Shown here: piece after piece, positions 18,368 through 30,457 of the stretch | Layout of the letters: each line of letters begins with the position of its first letter | How positions within the stretch are numbered: the first letter of the stretch is position 1 | Assembly (NCBI GenBank): GCA_045128515.1 | Contig: JBGVRO010000027.1 | Coordinates: 1,148 to 65,147, forward strand | Direction of reading: 5' to 3' | Source: Eubacteriales bacterium | Lineage (GTDB): Bacteria; Bacillota; Clostridia; Oscillospirales; CAG-272 | Length of the DNA: 64,000 nt | Notes under the pieces: generated by a model | What the model was told of the DNA's origin: nothing | The model's database searches: none | Seen by the model: only the letters and a program-made list of their open reading frames with translations | Program-made: the position numbers and the translations under genes

Positions 18368-19774
18368 ATGAACGAGCTTTTTGAAATATCAATGGCGATG
18401 AAGGAAGAGCTCAGAGCAAGATTAGGCTCTCCACAATCCTCCTTTGACCTTTGGTTCGGTGATTTTAATCTCACCTCTCTCGATGAAAGCCGTGCGGTGT
18501 TCTCCACCCCCACGAAGCTGAGAAAACAGATTCTCTCAACAAGATATATTTCGCTTATCAGCGAGGTTCTTACAGACGTCATCGGTTTCTCTGTTGAGAT
18601 AGAGATCTTCTCTCTCGATGAGGACAGCGGCTTTACTCCGGGCGCGTCTGCTCCCGTTGAAAATATGGATAAGCATTTTGAAAAGGATGCGCTTAAAAAG
18701 AGCGAGCGCAAGGAAAAGAAAATAGAGGAAATTCTTAACACCGCATCATCGGATAAGAAATCTCTGCTTGACGAATACACCTTCGATAACTTTATTGAGG
18801 GAGAGTCAAACAAGTTTGCCAAGGCGGTTTGTTACGCCGTTGCAAACGACATTTCCTACTGCAATCCTCTCTTCCTTTACGGTCATTCGGGACTCGGTAA
18901 GACTCACCTTCTCTACGCGATCATGAATCATATGAAGAAGAAGGATCCCGACCTTAAGATCGTTTACAAAAAGAGTGAAACCTTTATCAACGAGCTTATC
19001 GACGCGATTTCTAATCATTCCACCTCCGAGTTTAAGGAAAAATACCGCTCGGCAGACGTGCTTATGATTGACGATATTCAGTTTATTGCAGGTAAGGAAT
19101 CCACACAGGAGGAGTTCTTCCACACCTTCTCTGCCCTCTATGAGGCGGAAAAGCTGATCATACTCACCTCCGACCGTCCTCCCAAGGAGATCAATCCCTT
19201 GATGGACAGACTCCGTACCAGATTTGAGTGGGGTCTTATCGCAGACATTCAGCCCCCCTCATTCGAGTTAAGACGCGCGATCATCAAGAAAAAGAGCGAG
19301 GATATGGGTCTTACCTTCCCCCCTCACCTTATCGACTACATTGCCGAGCGTCTTAACAACAACATAAGACAGATCGAGGGAATTCTTAAGAAGCTTTACG
19401 CTATCCACTCCTTCACAGGTCTTGAGATCACCAAGGAATCTATCGACAACGTTATTTCCATCGTTGATCCCGGTAACATTCCCACCGACGCTATGGTGGA
19501 AAAAATTCTTCATCACGTCAGCAGAAAGTACGGTGTATCGGTTGAGGACATTAAGTCCAAGAAAAAGACCGACAGCATCGCAGGTGCAAGACATATTTCA
19601 ATCTACATAATCAGAAAGCTTACCGACCTGTCGCTTAAGGAAATAGGAAAGATATTCGGCAGAGATCACTCTACGGTTATCTCATCCATCAACAAGATAG
19701 AGCTTAATATTAAGACGGTTAAGAATTACGAGGGTGAGATCAACCTTCTTGTAAAAGAAATTAAGGATAATTAG
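18368..19774 (+). CDS. dnaA: Chromosomal replication initiator DnaA
   Basis: YTFDNF, Walker A GHSGLGKT, IDDIQF, QEEFFHTF and RDHSTV motifs. Confidence 0.98.
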   Translation: MNELFEISMAMKEELRARLGSPQSSFDLWFGDFNLTSLDESRAVFSTPTKLRKQILSTRYISLISEVLTDVIGFSVEIEIFSLDEDSGFTPGASAPVENMDKHFEKDALKKSERKEKKIEEILNTASSDKKSLLDEYTFDNFIEGESNKFAKAVCYAVANDISYCNPLFLYGHSGLGKTHLLYAIMNHMKKKDPDLKIVYKKSETFINELIDAISNHSTSEFKEKYRSADVLMIDDIQFIAGKESTQEEFFHTFSALYEAEKLIILTSDRPPKEINPLMDRLRTRFEWGLIADIQPPSFELRRAIIKKKSEDMGLTFPPHLIDYIAERLNNNIRQIEGILKKLYAIHSFTGLEITKESIDNVISIVDPGNIPTDAMVEKILHHVSRKYGVSVEDIKSKKKTDSIAGARHISIYIIRKLTDLSLKEIGKIFGRDHSTVISSINKIELNIKTVKNYEGEINLLVKEIKDN

Positions 19775-20043
19775 TTTTCAAGAAAAATATGTGGAAATGT
19801 GGAAGGAATGCTGTTGGCCTGATATTACTTTAGAGTGCAAAAATGTGTAGTTAACTCTCCTAATTGGACCTAAGAAGTTGTTCTATACCGAGTGTTGATA
19901 AAAAATCGGTGAAAACTTCAGGAAAATCAAGGGATAGTAGAGTTTTCCACACTGCTAACACCCCTTACTACTACCACACCTACCAATAATATAAAAACAT
20001 TCATTCTATTCTTCGACCGACAGGTCGGAGGGAAAGGACAAAT
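19775..20043. other. Replication origin oriC (dnaA-dnaN intergenic)
   Basis: DnaA-box-like TGTGGAAAT (19790), TGTTGATAA (19893), TTTTCCACA (19943). Then CTGCTAACA, CCCC and a DnaA-trio-like TTACTACTACCAC run (19965 onward), followed by an AT-rich tract. Confidence 0.85.
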
Positions 20044-21201
20044 ATGAGATTTACGGTATCAAAATCAGCTTTTATCAATAAACTGACTCCCGCTATGGGA
20101 ACGGTTTCCAATAAGGGTACAATTACTGCTATCGAGGGTGTTCTCATTGAAACCCTTGATGACGGAAGAATAAGAATATCTACATACGATATGACCAAGG
20201 GTGTAAGATCTACTCTCGAGGCAATTTCCATTGAGCGCGAGGGTAAGTACATCATCAATGCGCAGCGTCTTTACCAGACCGTACGCGTAATGCCCGAGGA
20301 CGAGGTCGTTATCGACGTAAACGATAAGCTTAACTGCACTGTTTCCAGCGGAAAGGCATCCTTCTCTATGTTCGCAATGAGAGGAGACGAGTTCCCTAAC
20401 CTTCCCGAGCTTTCGGGTGATCGCGGATTTATGATTTCTTCCGCAAAGATCCGTCTTATGATCGGCAAGGTTGCTCACTCTATCGCAGAGATGGACAACA
20501 GACCCATGCTTTGCGGTGCATATTTCAAGGTTACCGACGGCAATCTTGAGGTAGTTTCCTGCGACAGCTATACTCTTTCCCGTTGCTCTGTAAAGTGCGA
20601 TATTACCTCGCTCTTTGCTTCAAGTGACATTGATTTTGCTTTCATTATTCCCGGTCATGCATTAAGCGAGCTTTCCAAAAACCTGGCTGAGGGTGACGAA
20701 GAGGACGTTGAATTCTATATTTCGAGAAAGCATGCTATCATCAAGAAGGGTGACAGCATCTTCTTCACCAGAACCATTGATTCCGAGTACATCGACTACA
20801 ATAGAATCACTCCCAAGGACAACGATATTACCGTTGTAGTTGACAGAGAAAGATTCCTTGACGGTCTTGAAAGAGCAAATATCGTTGCTGACGAGAAGAT
20901 CAAGGGCAGCACCAGAAGCTACGTTAAGCTTACAACCGACGATCAGTTTATTTCTATCACCTCCGCATCTGTAAACGGACGCGTATCCGACGAGATGGAG
21001 TGTGTACACGAGGGTAGAGATATTGAAATCGGCTTCAACTGCCGTTACCTCATCAATTCGGTTAAGGTTGCCGAGGGCGAGAATATCAAGATCACCCTTA
21101 AGAGTCCTACGCAGGCTATCACTATTGAGCCTGCAGAGGAGGACGATGAATTTAAGTACTTCTACATGATTCTTCCCGTAAGAATGAACGAACAGAAATG
21201 A
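20044..21201 (+). CDS. dnaN: DNA polymerase III beta clamp
   Basis: After dnaA; EFPNLP, IGFN.RYL and C-terminal MILPVR motifs. Confidence 0.95.
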   Translation: MRFTVSKSAFINKLTPAMGTVSNKGTITAIEGVLIETLDDGRIRISTYDMTKGVRSTLEAISIEREGKYIINAQRLYQTVRVMPEDEVVIDVNDKLNCTVSSGKASFSMFAMRGDEFPNLPELSGDRGFMISSAKIRLMIGKVAHSIAEMDNRPMLCGAYFKVTDGNLEVVSCDSYTLSRCSVKCDITSLFASSDIDFAFIIPGHALSELSKNLAEGDEEDVEFYISRKHAIIKKGDSIFFTRTIDSEYIDYNRITPKDNDITVVVDRERFLDGLERANIVADEKIKGSTRSYVKLTTDDQFISITSASVNGRVSDEMECVHEGRDIEIGFNCRYLINSVKVAEGENIKITLKSPTQAITIEPAEEDDEFKYFYMILPVRMNEQK

Positions 21202-22304
21202 TTATAAAAAGATTCAGGGCGGAGAACTTTCGCAATATTGAAAAATGCGATATTGAATTCTCCCCCGGCGTCAATCTTTTATACGGCAAAAACGCTCAGG
21301 GTAAGACTAACGTAGTCGAGGGAATATATTATTTCTCTCGCGGCAGATCCTTCAGAGGGCGAGAGGATAAGGAGCTTGTGCGCTTTGGTGAGGAGGGCTT
21401 CCGCATCTCTCTTGAATTTCAGTCCCAAATGGGGGATGAAAAGCTGGAATACGCTATGTTTGGCAGAGAGCGTCTGCGTAAAAAGAATGACTATAAGATA
21501 AATAAAGTAACCGAGATGATAGGCAGCTTTAAGGCTGTGCTGTTCTACCCCGACGATCTTGGACTTGTAAAGGACGGACCCGAGGAGCGCAGAGGATTTC
21601 TTAACGTGGCGGCATCTGTCTGCTATGCACCCTATATCAAATATTACTCGGATTACAAAAAGGCGCTTGAAAACCGCAACTGTATACTGAAGATGATGCA
21701 GAAGGGACTGCCGGTTGATCCGATGGAGCTTGAATCCTGGTCGGAATCAATGGCTGAATATGCATCGTATATTTATCTTTTCCGTGAGGATTACGTCGAG
21801 CGACTGACGAAATATGCAGGTAAAATACTTAAAGATATTTCCGACGGTGGCGAGGAGCTTTGTTTAAATCACGAAAGCTCGGTAGAAAACGGTATGCGCG
21901 ACAGACTTAAGGTCAAAGAGGAGTATAAGCGAATACTCACCTCATCGATTGACCGAGAGATAGCCGCAGGCGTTACTCTTTTTGGTCCTCACAGAGATGA
22001 CCTTGATATACGGATAAACGGTAAGAGCGCAAGAGCCTTTGCCTCACAGGGACAGCAGAGATCAATCGTATTGGCACTGAAGCTGTCTGAAGGTGAGGTA
22101 ATAAAGGAAATATGCGGAGAATATCCTGTATTTCTCTTTGACGACGTATTAAGCGAGCTTGACGAGAGACGCAGAAAGTATGTATTGTCGGAGATAGGTG
22201 ACAGACAGATAATCATCACATGCTGTGACAGAAATGAATGCATCGGCTTTACCGATAACGAAATCGAGGTTTCGGGAGGAAGATATGTATCTTCATATAG
22301 GTAA
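21198..22304 (+). CDS. recF: DNA replication/repair protein RecF
   Basis: NFRN, GKNAQGKTN, GPHRDDL, SQGQQRS and DDVLSELD motifs. Confidence 0.97.
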   Translation: MIIKRFRAENFRNIEKCDIEFSPGVNLLYGKNAQGKTNVVEGIYYFSRGRSFRGREDKELVRFGEEGFRISLEFQSQMGDEKLEYAMFGRERLRKKNDYKINKVTEMIGSFKAVLFYPDDLGLVKDGPEERRGFLNVAASVCYAPYIKYYSDYKKALENRNCILKMMQKGLPVDPMELESWSESMAEYASYIYLFREDYVERLTKYAGKILKDISDGGEELCLNHESSVENGMRDRLKVKEEYKRILTSSIDREIAAGVTLFGPHRDDLDIRINGKSARAFASQGQQRSIVLALKLSEGEVIKEICGEYPVFLFDDVLSELDERRRKYVLSEIGDRQIIITCCDRNECIGFTDNEIEVSGGRYVSSYR

Positions 22305-22548
22305 TAGAAAGAGCGTTAAGAAAAAGGATATAATAGGCATTTTTGACCTTGACACCTCAACCGTCACCAAGACAGGAAAGGATTTTATCGCAAAGCTTGA
22401 AAAGGCGGGCGCGGTAGAATATGACGACGACGATCTTCCCAGATCATTCGTACTTGTCAGTGAGAAAGGCAAATGCAAGCTTCGACTTTCAAGAATATCC
22501 TCCAAGGGTCTTCTTGCAAGAGCAAATGAAGAGACAGAAGACAAATAA
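22285..22548 (+). CDS. remB: RemB/YaaB (DUF370) family protein
   Basis: MYLHIG...DIIGIFDLD...PRSFV; canonical position between recF and gyrB; RBS GGAGG. Confidence 0.85.
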   Translation: MYLHIGNRKSVKKKDIIGIFDLDTSTVTKTGKDFIAKLEKAGAVEYDDDDLPRSFVLVSEKGKCKLRLSRISSKGLLARANEETEDK

Positions 22549-22583
22549 GTCAGAAAATAAAGCTTTTGAAAGGCAAAACATAA

Positions 22584-24512
<1,929 letters not shown>

Positions 24513-24525
24513 GGAGGGAATAATA

Positions 24526-27060
24526 ATGGAACATACATATAAAAGTACAGATATAGAATTCCCTCAGCAGCATATAGAGCTGCGCGATATGGAAAAAGAG
24601 GTGAGACAGTCCTTTATCGAGTATTCGATGAGCGTTATTACCTCAAGAGCTCTTCCCGACGTGCGCGACGGTATGAAGCCCGGACAGAGAAGAATCCTCT
24701 ACGCTATGTACGAGGATAATCTTACTCACGACCGTCCCTTCAGAAAGTCGGCTACTACAGTAGGTAACGTGCTTGGTAGATACCATCCTCACGGTGACTC
24801 TGCAGTTTACGGCACAATGGTAAGAATGGCGCAGGACTTCTCTCTCCGTTATCCTCTCATCGAGGGTCACGGTAACTTCGGTAACGTTGACGGTGACGGC
24901 GCAGCTGCATACCGTTACACCGAGGCGAGAATGTCGAGAATTGCTAACTTCATGATGAGCGACATTGAGAAAAACGTCGTTCCCATGACACGTAACTTCG
25001 ATAACACAAGAGATGAGCCCACAGTCCTTCCCTCCCGTCTTCCTAACCTGCTTATTAACGGTTCGGTTGGTATTGCGGTAGGTATGGCTACCAATATTCC
25101 TCCTCATAATCTCACCGAGGTTATCGATGGTATCGTTTACAGAATTGACAACCCCGAGTGCTCGGTTGACGACCTTATGATGTTTATCAAGGGTCCTGAC
25201 TTCCCCACCGCCGCCGTTATCTACGGTTCTCGCGGTATCAAGGAGGCATACGAAACCGGTCGCGGTAAGGTTTATATCAGAGCAAGAGCAACTATTGAGG
25301 ACGAGCATAGAAGAATTATCTTCACCGAGATTCCTTATATGGTAAACAAGTCCATGCTTATTGAAAGTATGGCAAATCTGGTTAAGGAAAAGAAGATTGA
25401 AGGCATTACTGCTCTTCGCGATGAGTCGGGCAGAGGCGGTATGAGAATCGTTGTTGAGTACCGCAGAGATGCTAATGCAGAGGTTATTCTTAACCAGCTT
25501 TACAAGTACACACAGCTTCAGGACACCTGCTCTGTAAATATGCTTGTTATAGACGGCGGAGAGCCTAAAACACTCAATTTGCCAACTATACTTGACAAAT
25601 ACATAGGTTTCCAGAAGGAAGTTATAGAAAAGAGAACAAGATTTGATCTTGAAAAAGCGCTTCGCGAGATCCATATTCTTGAGGGTTACAGAATCGCAAC
25701 CGAGAATATTGACGAGGTAATTAAGATCATCAAGGCTTCTGCTTCTATTCCCGACGCGAAGCTTCAGCTTTGCGACAGATTCGGTCTTACCGATGCACAG
25801 GCACAGGCTATCGTTGAGATGACTCTTGGTAAGCTTTCCGGACTTGAAAGACAGAAGGTAGAGGACAGAATTGCAAAGCTTGAGGTGCTTATCGCAGAGC
25901 TTCGCTCTATCCTTGAAAGCGAGAAAAAGCTTGAGTCTATTCTTAAAGGTGAGCTTGAGGACATCAAGAAAAAGTACGGAGATGAAAGACGCTCCGAGCT
26001 TGTTGAGGCAACCGAGGAGATCGACCTTGAGGACCTTATTGAAAGACATACCTGCGTAATTACCGTTTCTCACACCGGTTATATCAAGCGCCAGAGAGCA
26101 GACGTTTACTCTGCACAGAACAGAGGTGGTAAGGGTATCATCGGTATGACTACCAAAGAGGATGACTTCGTTGAGGACGTTATCGTTGCCAACAGCCATT
26201 CCTACCTGATGTTCTTCACCAACAAGGGACGCGTATACGCAAAGAAGGCGTACAGAATCCCTGAGGCAGGCAGAACCGCAAAGGGTACTAACCTTGTAAA
26301 CATCATCGAGCTTATGGAAGGCGAATATGTAACCGCAATAATTCCTATCGCTGAATTTACCGAGGGTGAGTATCTTACCATGGTAACCAAGATGGGTGTT
26401 ATTAAGAGAACACTTCTCTCCGAGTTTGAATATCAGAGAAAGAGCGGTAAGATCGCTATCACTCTCGACGAGGATGACGAGCTTATCTTCGTAAGACACA
26501 CCAAGGGTGACGAGTCGCTTATCCTTGCGACAAGAGAAGGTCTTGCAGTAAGATTCGACGAGAACAACGTTCGTTCCATGGGACGTGGCGCAAGAGGTGT
26601 AAGAGGTATTACTCTCCAGGGCGATGACGTAGTCGTTGGTGTTTGCGTTGTTGATGAGAGCAAGTCCTTGCTTACCGTAACCGAAAACGGTATGGGTAAG
26701 AGAACACTCTTCTCCGACTTCCGTGAGATGAAGCACCGTGGCGGTAAGGGTGTAACCTGCCACCACATCAGCGAAAAGACCGGTAAGCTTGCGGCAATCG
26801 TAACCGTTTCAGAGGATGACGATATAATGCTTATTACTAACGAGGGTACTATTATCAGAACCAGCGTTTCAGGTGTTAATATCTACTCCAGAACTGCCGG
26901 CGGCGTAATTCTTATGCGTCTTGACGAGGGATGCACCATCAATAACGTTGCACGTCTTGAAAAGGCAGAGGAAATTGAGACTAAGAGCGAGGCTACAGAG
27001 GCAGAAGTGACAACCGTATCAGAACCTGTAGTAGAAGCAACCGAGATCTCGGAAGAATAA
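24526..27060 (+). CDS. gyrA: DNA gyrase subunit A
   Basis: [25 protein letters not shown] and GyrA-box QNRGGKG; ATG 24526 after AGGAGG. Confidence 0.98.
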   Translation: MEHTYKSTDIEFPQQHIELRDMEKEVRQSFIEYSMSVITSRALPDVRDGMKPGQRRILYAMYEDNLTHDRPFRKSATTVGNVLGRYHPHGDSAVYGTMVRMAQDFSLRYPLIEGHGNFGNVDGDGAAAYRYTEARMSRIANFMMSDIEKNVVPMTRNFDNTRDEPTVLPSRLPNLLINGSVGIAVGMATNIPPHNLTEVIDGIVYRIDNPECSVDDLMMFIKGPDFPTAAVIYGSRGIKEAYETGRGKVYIRARATIEDEHRRIIFTEIPYMVNKSMLIESMANLVKEKKIEGITALRDESGRGGMRIVVEYRRDANAEVILNQLYKYTQLQDTCSVNMLVIDGGEPKTLNLPTILDKYIGFQKEVIEKRTRFDLEKALREIHILEGYRIATENIDEVIKIIKASASIPDAKLQLCDRFGLTDAQAQAIVEMTLGKLSGLERQKVEDRIAKLEVLIAELRSILESEKKLESILKGELEDIKKKYGDERRSELVEATEEIDLEDLIERHTCVITVSHTGYIKRQRADVYSAQNRGGKGIIGMTTKEDDFVEDVIVANSHSYLMFFTNKGRVYAKKAYRIPEAGRTAKGTNLVNIIELMEGEYVTAIIPIAEFTEGEYLTMVTKMGVIKRTLLSEFEYQRKSGKIAITLDEDDELIFVRHTKGDESLILATREGLAVRFDENNVRSMGRGARGVRGITLQGDDVVVGVCVVDESKSLLTVTENGMGKRTLFSDFREMKHRGGKGVTCHHISEKTGKLAAIVTVSEDDDIMLITNEGTIIRTSVSGVNIYSRTAGGVILMRLDEGCTINNVARLEKAEEIETKSEATEAEVTTVSEPVVEATEISEE

Positions 27061-27123
27061 ATTAAAGTTATAATAAATAATAAAATGATATATGGCCGTT
27101 TAAAACGGCAAGGAGGATTTACC

Positions 27124-27747
27124 ATGACATTCAAGGAAAAACTCGTAATTCTCAGAAAATCCAAGGGCCTTACTCAGGATGAGTTTGCAAGCGCAGTTGG
27201 CGTTTCCAGACAGGCTGTTTACAAATGGGAAAGCGGTCAGTCTTATCCCGAGGTTCCCAAGCTTCTTGAGATGAAGCTTCTCTTTACTATTTCTATTGAC
27301 GAGCTTCTTGACGACAACTATGACCTTCCTCTTCCCGATAAGAAGAAGAGAAAGAGAGCTCCCAAGCAGGATGCACCTAAGGCAGAGGCTAAGGTTACAA
27401 AGCCTGCAGCACCCAAGGCAGCTCCCGCACCCAAAGCAGAGCCCGTAGCTTCTGTAGCACCTAAGGCAGAGCCAGTAGCTCCCAAGGCGGCACCTGTTGC
27501 ACCTGCAGCACCCAAGGCAGCTCCCGCACCCAAAGCAGAGCCCGTAGCTTCTGTAGCACCTAAGGTAGAGCCTGTAGCACCCAAGGCGGCACCTGTTGCA
27601 CCTGTAGCACCTAAGGCAGAGCCTGCTCCCAAGGTTGACACTGTTCCCTCGCCCATTATCCTTGAGGATATTGTAAATGAAGAGGAAGCAAAGAATGAAC
27701 CTGTTAAGAAGACCGGATTCTTCGACAGACTCTTCGGTAGAAAGTAA
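27124..27747 (+). CDS. XRE-family HTH protein with Pro/Ala/Lys-rich repeats and amphipathic C-terminus
   Basis: LRKSKGLTQDEFASAVGVSRQAVYKWESG; RBS AGGAGG before ATG 27124; tail KKTGFFDRLFGRK. Confidence 0.85.
   Translation: MTFKEKLVILRKSKGLTQDEFASAVGVSRQAVYKWESGQSYPEVPKLLEMKLLFTISIDELLDDNYDLPLPDKKKRKRAPKQDAPKAEAKVTKPAAPKAAPAPKAEPVASVAPKAEPVAPKAAPVAPAAPKAAPAPKAEPVASVAPKVEPVAPKAAPVAPVAPKAEPAPKVDTVPSPIILEDIVNEEEAKNEPVKKTGFFDRLFGRK
27403..27633 (+). repeat. Intragenic 99-bp (33-aa) tandem repeat
   Basis: Near-identical units start at 27403 and 27502 (PAAPKAAPAPKAEPVASVAPK.EPVAPKAAPVA), plus a partial third. Confidence 0.9.
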
Positions 27748-28029
27748 TTTTCTACATATAAGTGATAAATAAGTTAATTTTCCGTTTTTTTAATAATAGT
27801 TCCACCCTCTTATGAATATTTTACTAATTTTTGCCTATAATTAAAGAGGGTGGAGCTGCAACGTACTTTAATAAAAATAGCCTTAAAGGTTAAAAAAGTG
27901 AGAAGTAGAGGGGAAGGAAGCGGTTTTCGTTCCCTTCTTTCTCAACTAAAAAGAGTTTATTATCGGAATTTACAAGTAAAAAATTTGAACATACATTTAA
28001 TTTGAAAATAATTTAAAAAAGATAGATAT

Positions 28030-29715
28030 ATGAAAAAAGAAAAAAATAACAGATCAGGCGGAAAGCTACGCGTTATTGCTCTCGGCGGTCTTCAGGAAAT
28101 CGGCAAGAATATGACCGTTTTAGAGTATGGAGATGATATGGTGGTTATTGACGCAGGTCTCGGATTCCCTGATGATGAAATGCTTGGAATCGACCTGGTA
28201 ATACCCGATATCAGCTATCTTGTGAAAAACGCTCATAAGATACGTGGTATTCTTATCACCCACGGACACGAGGATCATATCGGTGCAATACCCTTTCTGC
28301 TTCAGCAAATAAACGTTCCAATTTACGGAACACGACTTTCCCTCGGTATTATCGAAGGAAAGCTTGATGAAAATCCCCCGCCCTTCGACCCTGAATTATA
28401 TACCGTCGAGGCGGGCGACGTAATCAACCTCGGTGTATTTAAGGCCGAGTTTATCCACGTTAATCACTCTATTGCAGATGCCTGTGCTATTGCTCTTAAA
28501 ACTCCTGTAGGTACTGTATTCCATACAGGTGATTTTAAGCTTGACGTTTCGCCCATTGACGGAAAAATCATGGATCTTACCCGTATTGGTGAAATAGGTA
28601 AGGCAGGTGTAGAGCTTTTGCTCTGCGAGTCCACCAATGCCGAGAGAGCCGGTTTTACCGCATCCGAGCGTACTGTAGGCTATTCTCTCGAGCGTATATT
28701 CAATCAGTATGAGGACAGAAGACTTATTATCAGCACCTTCTCATCTAACGTACACAGAGTTCAGCAGATAATCAATACGAGCCACAGTCACGGCAGAAAG
28801 GTTGCTATACTCGGAAGAAGTATGGTCAACGTTATTGGTGCGGCGGCAGAGCTTGGATACATTGATCTTCCCGACGGAGTTCTTATCGATATAAATGATA
28901 TTAAGAGATACCGTCCCGAGGATCTTACCCTTATTACAACAGGTAGCCAGGGTGAGCCTATGTCTGCCCTTTACCGTATTGCATTCAGCGAGCACGATAA
29001 GGTAAAGATATCCCCCCGTGACGTCGTAGTTCTCTCCTCCAGCGCGATTCCCGGCAACGAAAAGCTGGTTGGAAAGATAATTAACGCACTTGTAAAGAAC
29101 GGCGTTAAGGTGGTAAATGACTCTACCGAGGACGTACACGTTTCAGGTCACGCATGTCGTGAGGAAATTAAGCTTATGATGGCTCTTTTGAAGCCTAAAT
29201 ATCTTATGCCTATTCACGGTGAATACAGACACCTTTATGCAAACAAGGACATTGGCGAGTTTATGGGAATTCCCAGCGAGAATATCTTTATTTCCGAACT
29301 TGGCAAGGTGCTTGAATTAGATCGCAAGGGTGCGAGATTTAACGGTAATGAAACAGCAGGTCAGGTGCTTGTAGACGGCAGAGGTGTCGGTGACATCGGC
29401 AGCGTTGTTCTCCGCGACAGAAAGCATCTCTCAGAGGATGGACTTGTTGTGGTAGTTGCAACTATCGATATTGAGGAAGGTATAATTGTTTCCGGACCTG
29501 ATATAGTTTCACGTGGCTTCGTTTACGTAAAGGAGTCGGAGGAGCTTATGAAGGAAGCACGCAATATTGCGGAAAATGCGCTTATCAGAGCTATGTCAAA
29601 GGGTCACGGTGACCGTATGTATATTAAGGGTGCGATCAAGGATGATTTGGCGAAATTTATTCATAAGCAAACTAAGCGTAAGCCTATGATTCTTCCGGTT
29701 ATTATGGATTTATGA
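28030..29715 (+). CDS. rnj: Ribonuclease J
   Basis: LGGLQEIGKN, THGHEDHIG, TGSQGEP, HVSGH and PIHGEYRH motifs. Confidence 0.97.
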   Translation: MKKEKNNRSGGKLRVIALGGLQEIGKNMTVLEYGDDMVVIDAGLGFPDDEMLGIDLVIPDISYLVKNAHKIRGILITHGHEDHIGAIPFLLQQINVPIYGTRLSLGIIEGKLDENPPPFDPELYTVEAGDVINLGVFKAEFIHVNHSIADACAIALKTPVGTVFHTGDFKLDVSPIDGKIMDLTRIGEIGKAGVELLLCESTNAERAGFTASERTVGYSLERIFNQYEDRRLIISTFSSNVHRVQQIINTSHSHGRKVAILGRSMVNVIGAAAELGYIDLPDGVLIDINDIKRYRPEDLTLITTGSQGEPMSALYRIAFSEHDKVKISPRDVVVLSSSAIPGNEKLVGKIINALVKNGVKVVNDSTEDVHVSGHACREEIKLMMALLKPKYLMPIHGEYRHLYANKDIGEFMGIPSENIFISELGKVLELDRKGARFNGNETAGQVLVDGRGVGDIGSVVLRDRKHLSEDGLVVVVATIDIEEGIIVSGPDIVSRGFVYVKESEELMKEARNIAENALIRAMSKGHGDRMYIKGAIKDDLAKFIHKQTKRKPMILPVIMDL

Positions 29716-30386
29716 TTTACACTATAATTTCTACTATTCAGAAAAATGAAATAGAAGAAAACAGGGACTGTCGTGCTTTGCGACAGCCCCTACCCCTTTT
29801 ACCAAAGGAAATTAATGACCTTATTAAAAATACAAAACATGAAAAATTAAGAGATGAGCGCCGTATTGCATATACTTCCCTGCTCTCTGGTCTTAAGGCA
29901 TTTTTTAATATAGATAATGCCACCGTTTTCAAGGACCGTGAGGGAAAGCCTTACTTGGTTTATGATACAGAGAATCACCCTGAAATACATATCGGTATTT
30001 CTCACAGTGAAGGTATGGTAGCGGTCTCATTATCCGATGAGGGTGAGATTGGTGTAGATATACAGCGCAAAATACCTGATAAATTAGTTGAAAGACTAAA
30101 CAACAGATTTTTCGGTGATATAGAGGTACACAGCGAGGATATTGGAATAAAATATTATTTCTGTTACGTATCCGAAAATGAGGCTTTGTTTGAGGAGATG
30201 ATCCTCGAGAATGCAGACCACAAGGAATATACTACAAGATGGGCGTACTCAGAGTCTATATTGAAACTGTATGGCAAAGGATTTGGTAATTATATTATCC
30301 TGCCTGAACTTGTAAAACAAAGCAAAAGCGAAACTAAAAAATCTACTGATAATTCATGGATTATCACAAATAGTATAAAAATGTAA
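29712..30386 (+). CDS. Divergent Sfp-type 4'-phosphopantetheinyl transferase superfamily protein
   Basis: GKPYL, ISHS, IGVDIQ and W...ES.LK..GKG motifs. Confidence 0.7.
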   Translation: MIYTIISTIQKNEIEENRDCRALRQPLPLLPKEINDLIKNTKHEKLRDERRIAYTSLLSGLKAFFNIDNATVFKDREGKPYLVYDTENHPEIHIGISHSEGMVAVSLSDEGEIGVDIQRKIPDKLVERLNNRFFGDIEVHSEDIGIKYYFCYVSENEALFEEMILENADHKEYTTRWAYSESILKLYGKGFGNYIILPELVKQSKSETKKSTDNSWIITNSIKM

Positions 30387-30398
30387 ATAATAGATTAC

Positions 30399-30445
30399 AA
30401 AAAATACACGAATTAAAGGATAATACCAAAAATTCGTGTATTTTT
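30399..30445. terminator. Bidirectional terminator
   Basis: AAAAATACACGAATT...AATTCGTGTATTTTT between convergent genes. Confidence 0.7.
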
Positions 30446-30457
30446 ATTTTAAATTAT

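Noticed and set aside
24643-26766. Long antisense ORFs (707 aa opposite gyrA; also 1443-3149, 11642-13315, 34877-36172, 38725-40341, 48291-50402)
   Set aside because: Shadow frames. The real genes prefer CTT/CTC and TCT/TCC over TTA, CTA and TCA, so the codon-aligned antisense frame lacks stops. No RBS or recognisable motifs.
27124-27330. XRE HTH as a prophage or ICE repressor
   Set aside because: No integrase, att site or phage genes nearby; codon usage is host-like.
27318-27656. Gly/Ala/Thr-rich antisense ORF resembling a collagen-like or antifreeze protein
   Set aside because: It is the reverse complement of the PAK repeat of the HTH gene.
29506-29521. parS-like GTTTCACGTGG inside rnj
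   Set aside because: Only one arm matches, and it is explained by the conserved VSRGF coding sequence.
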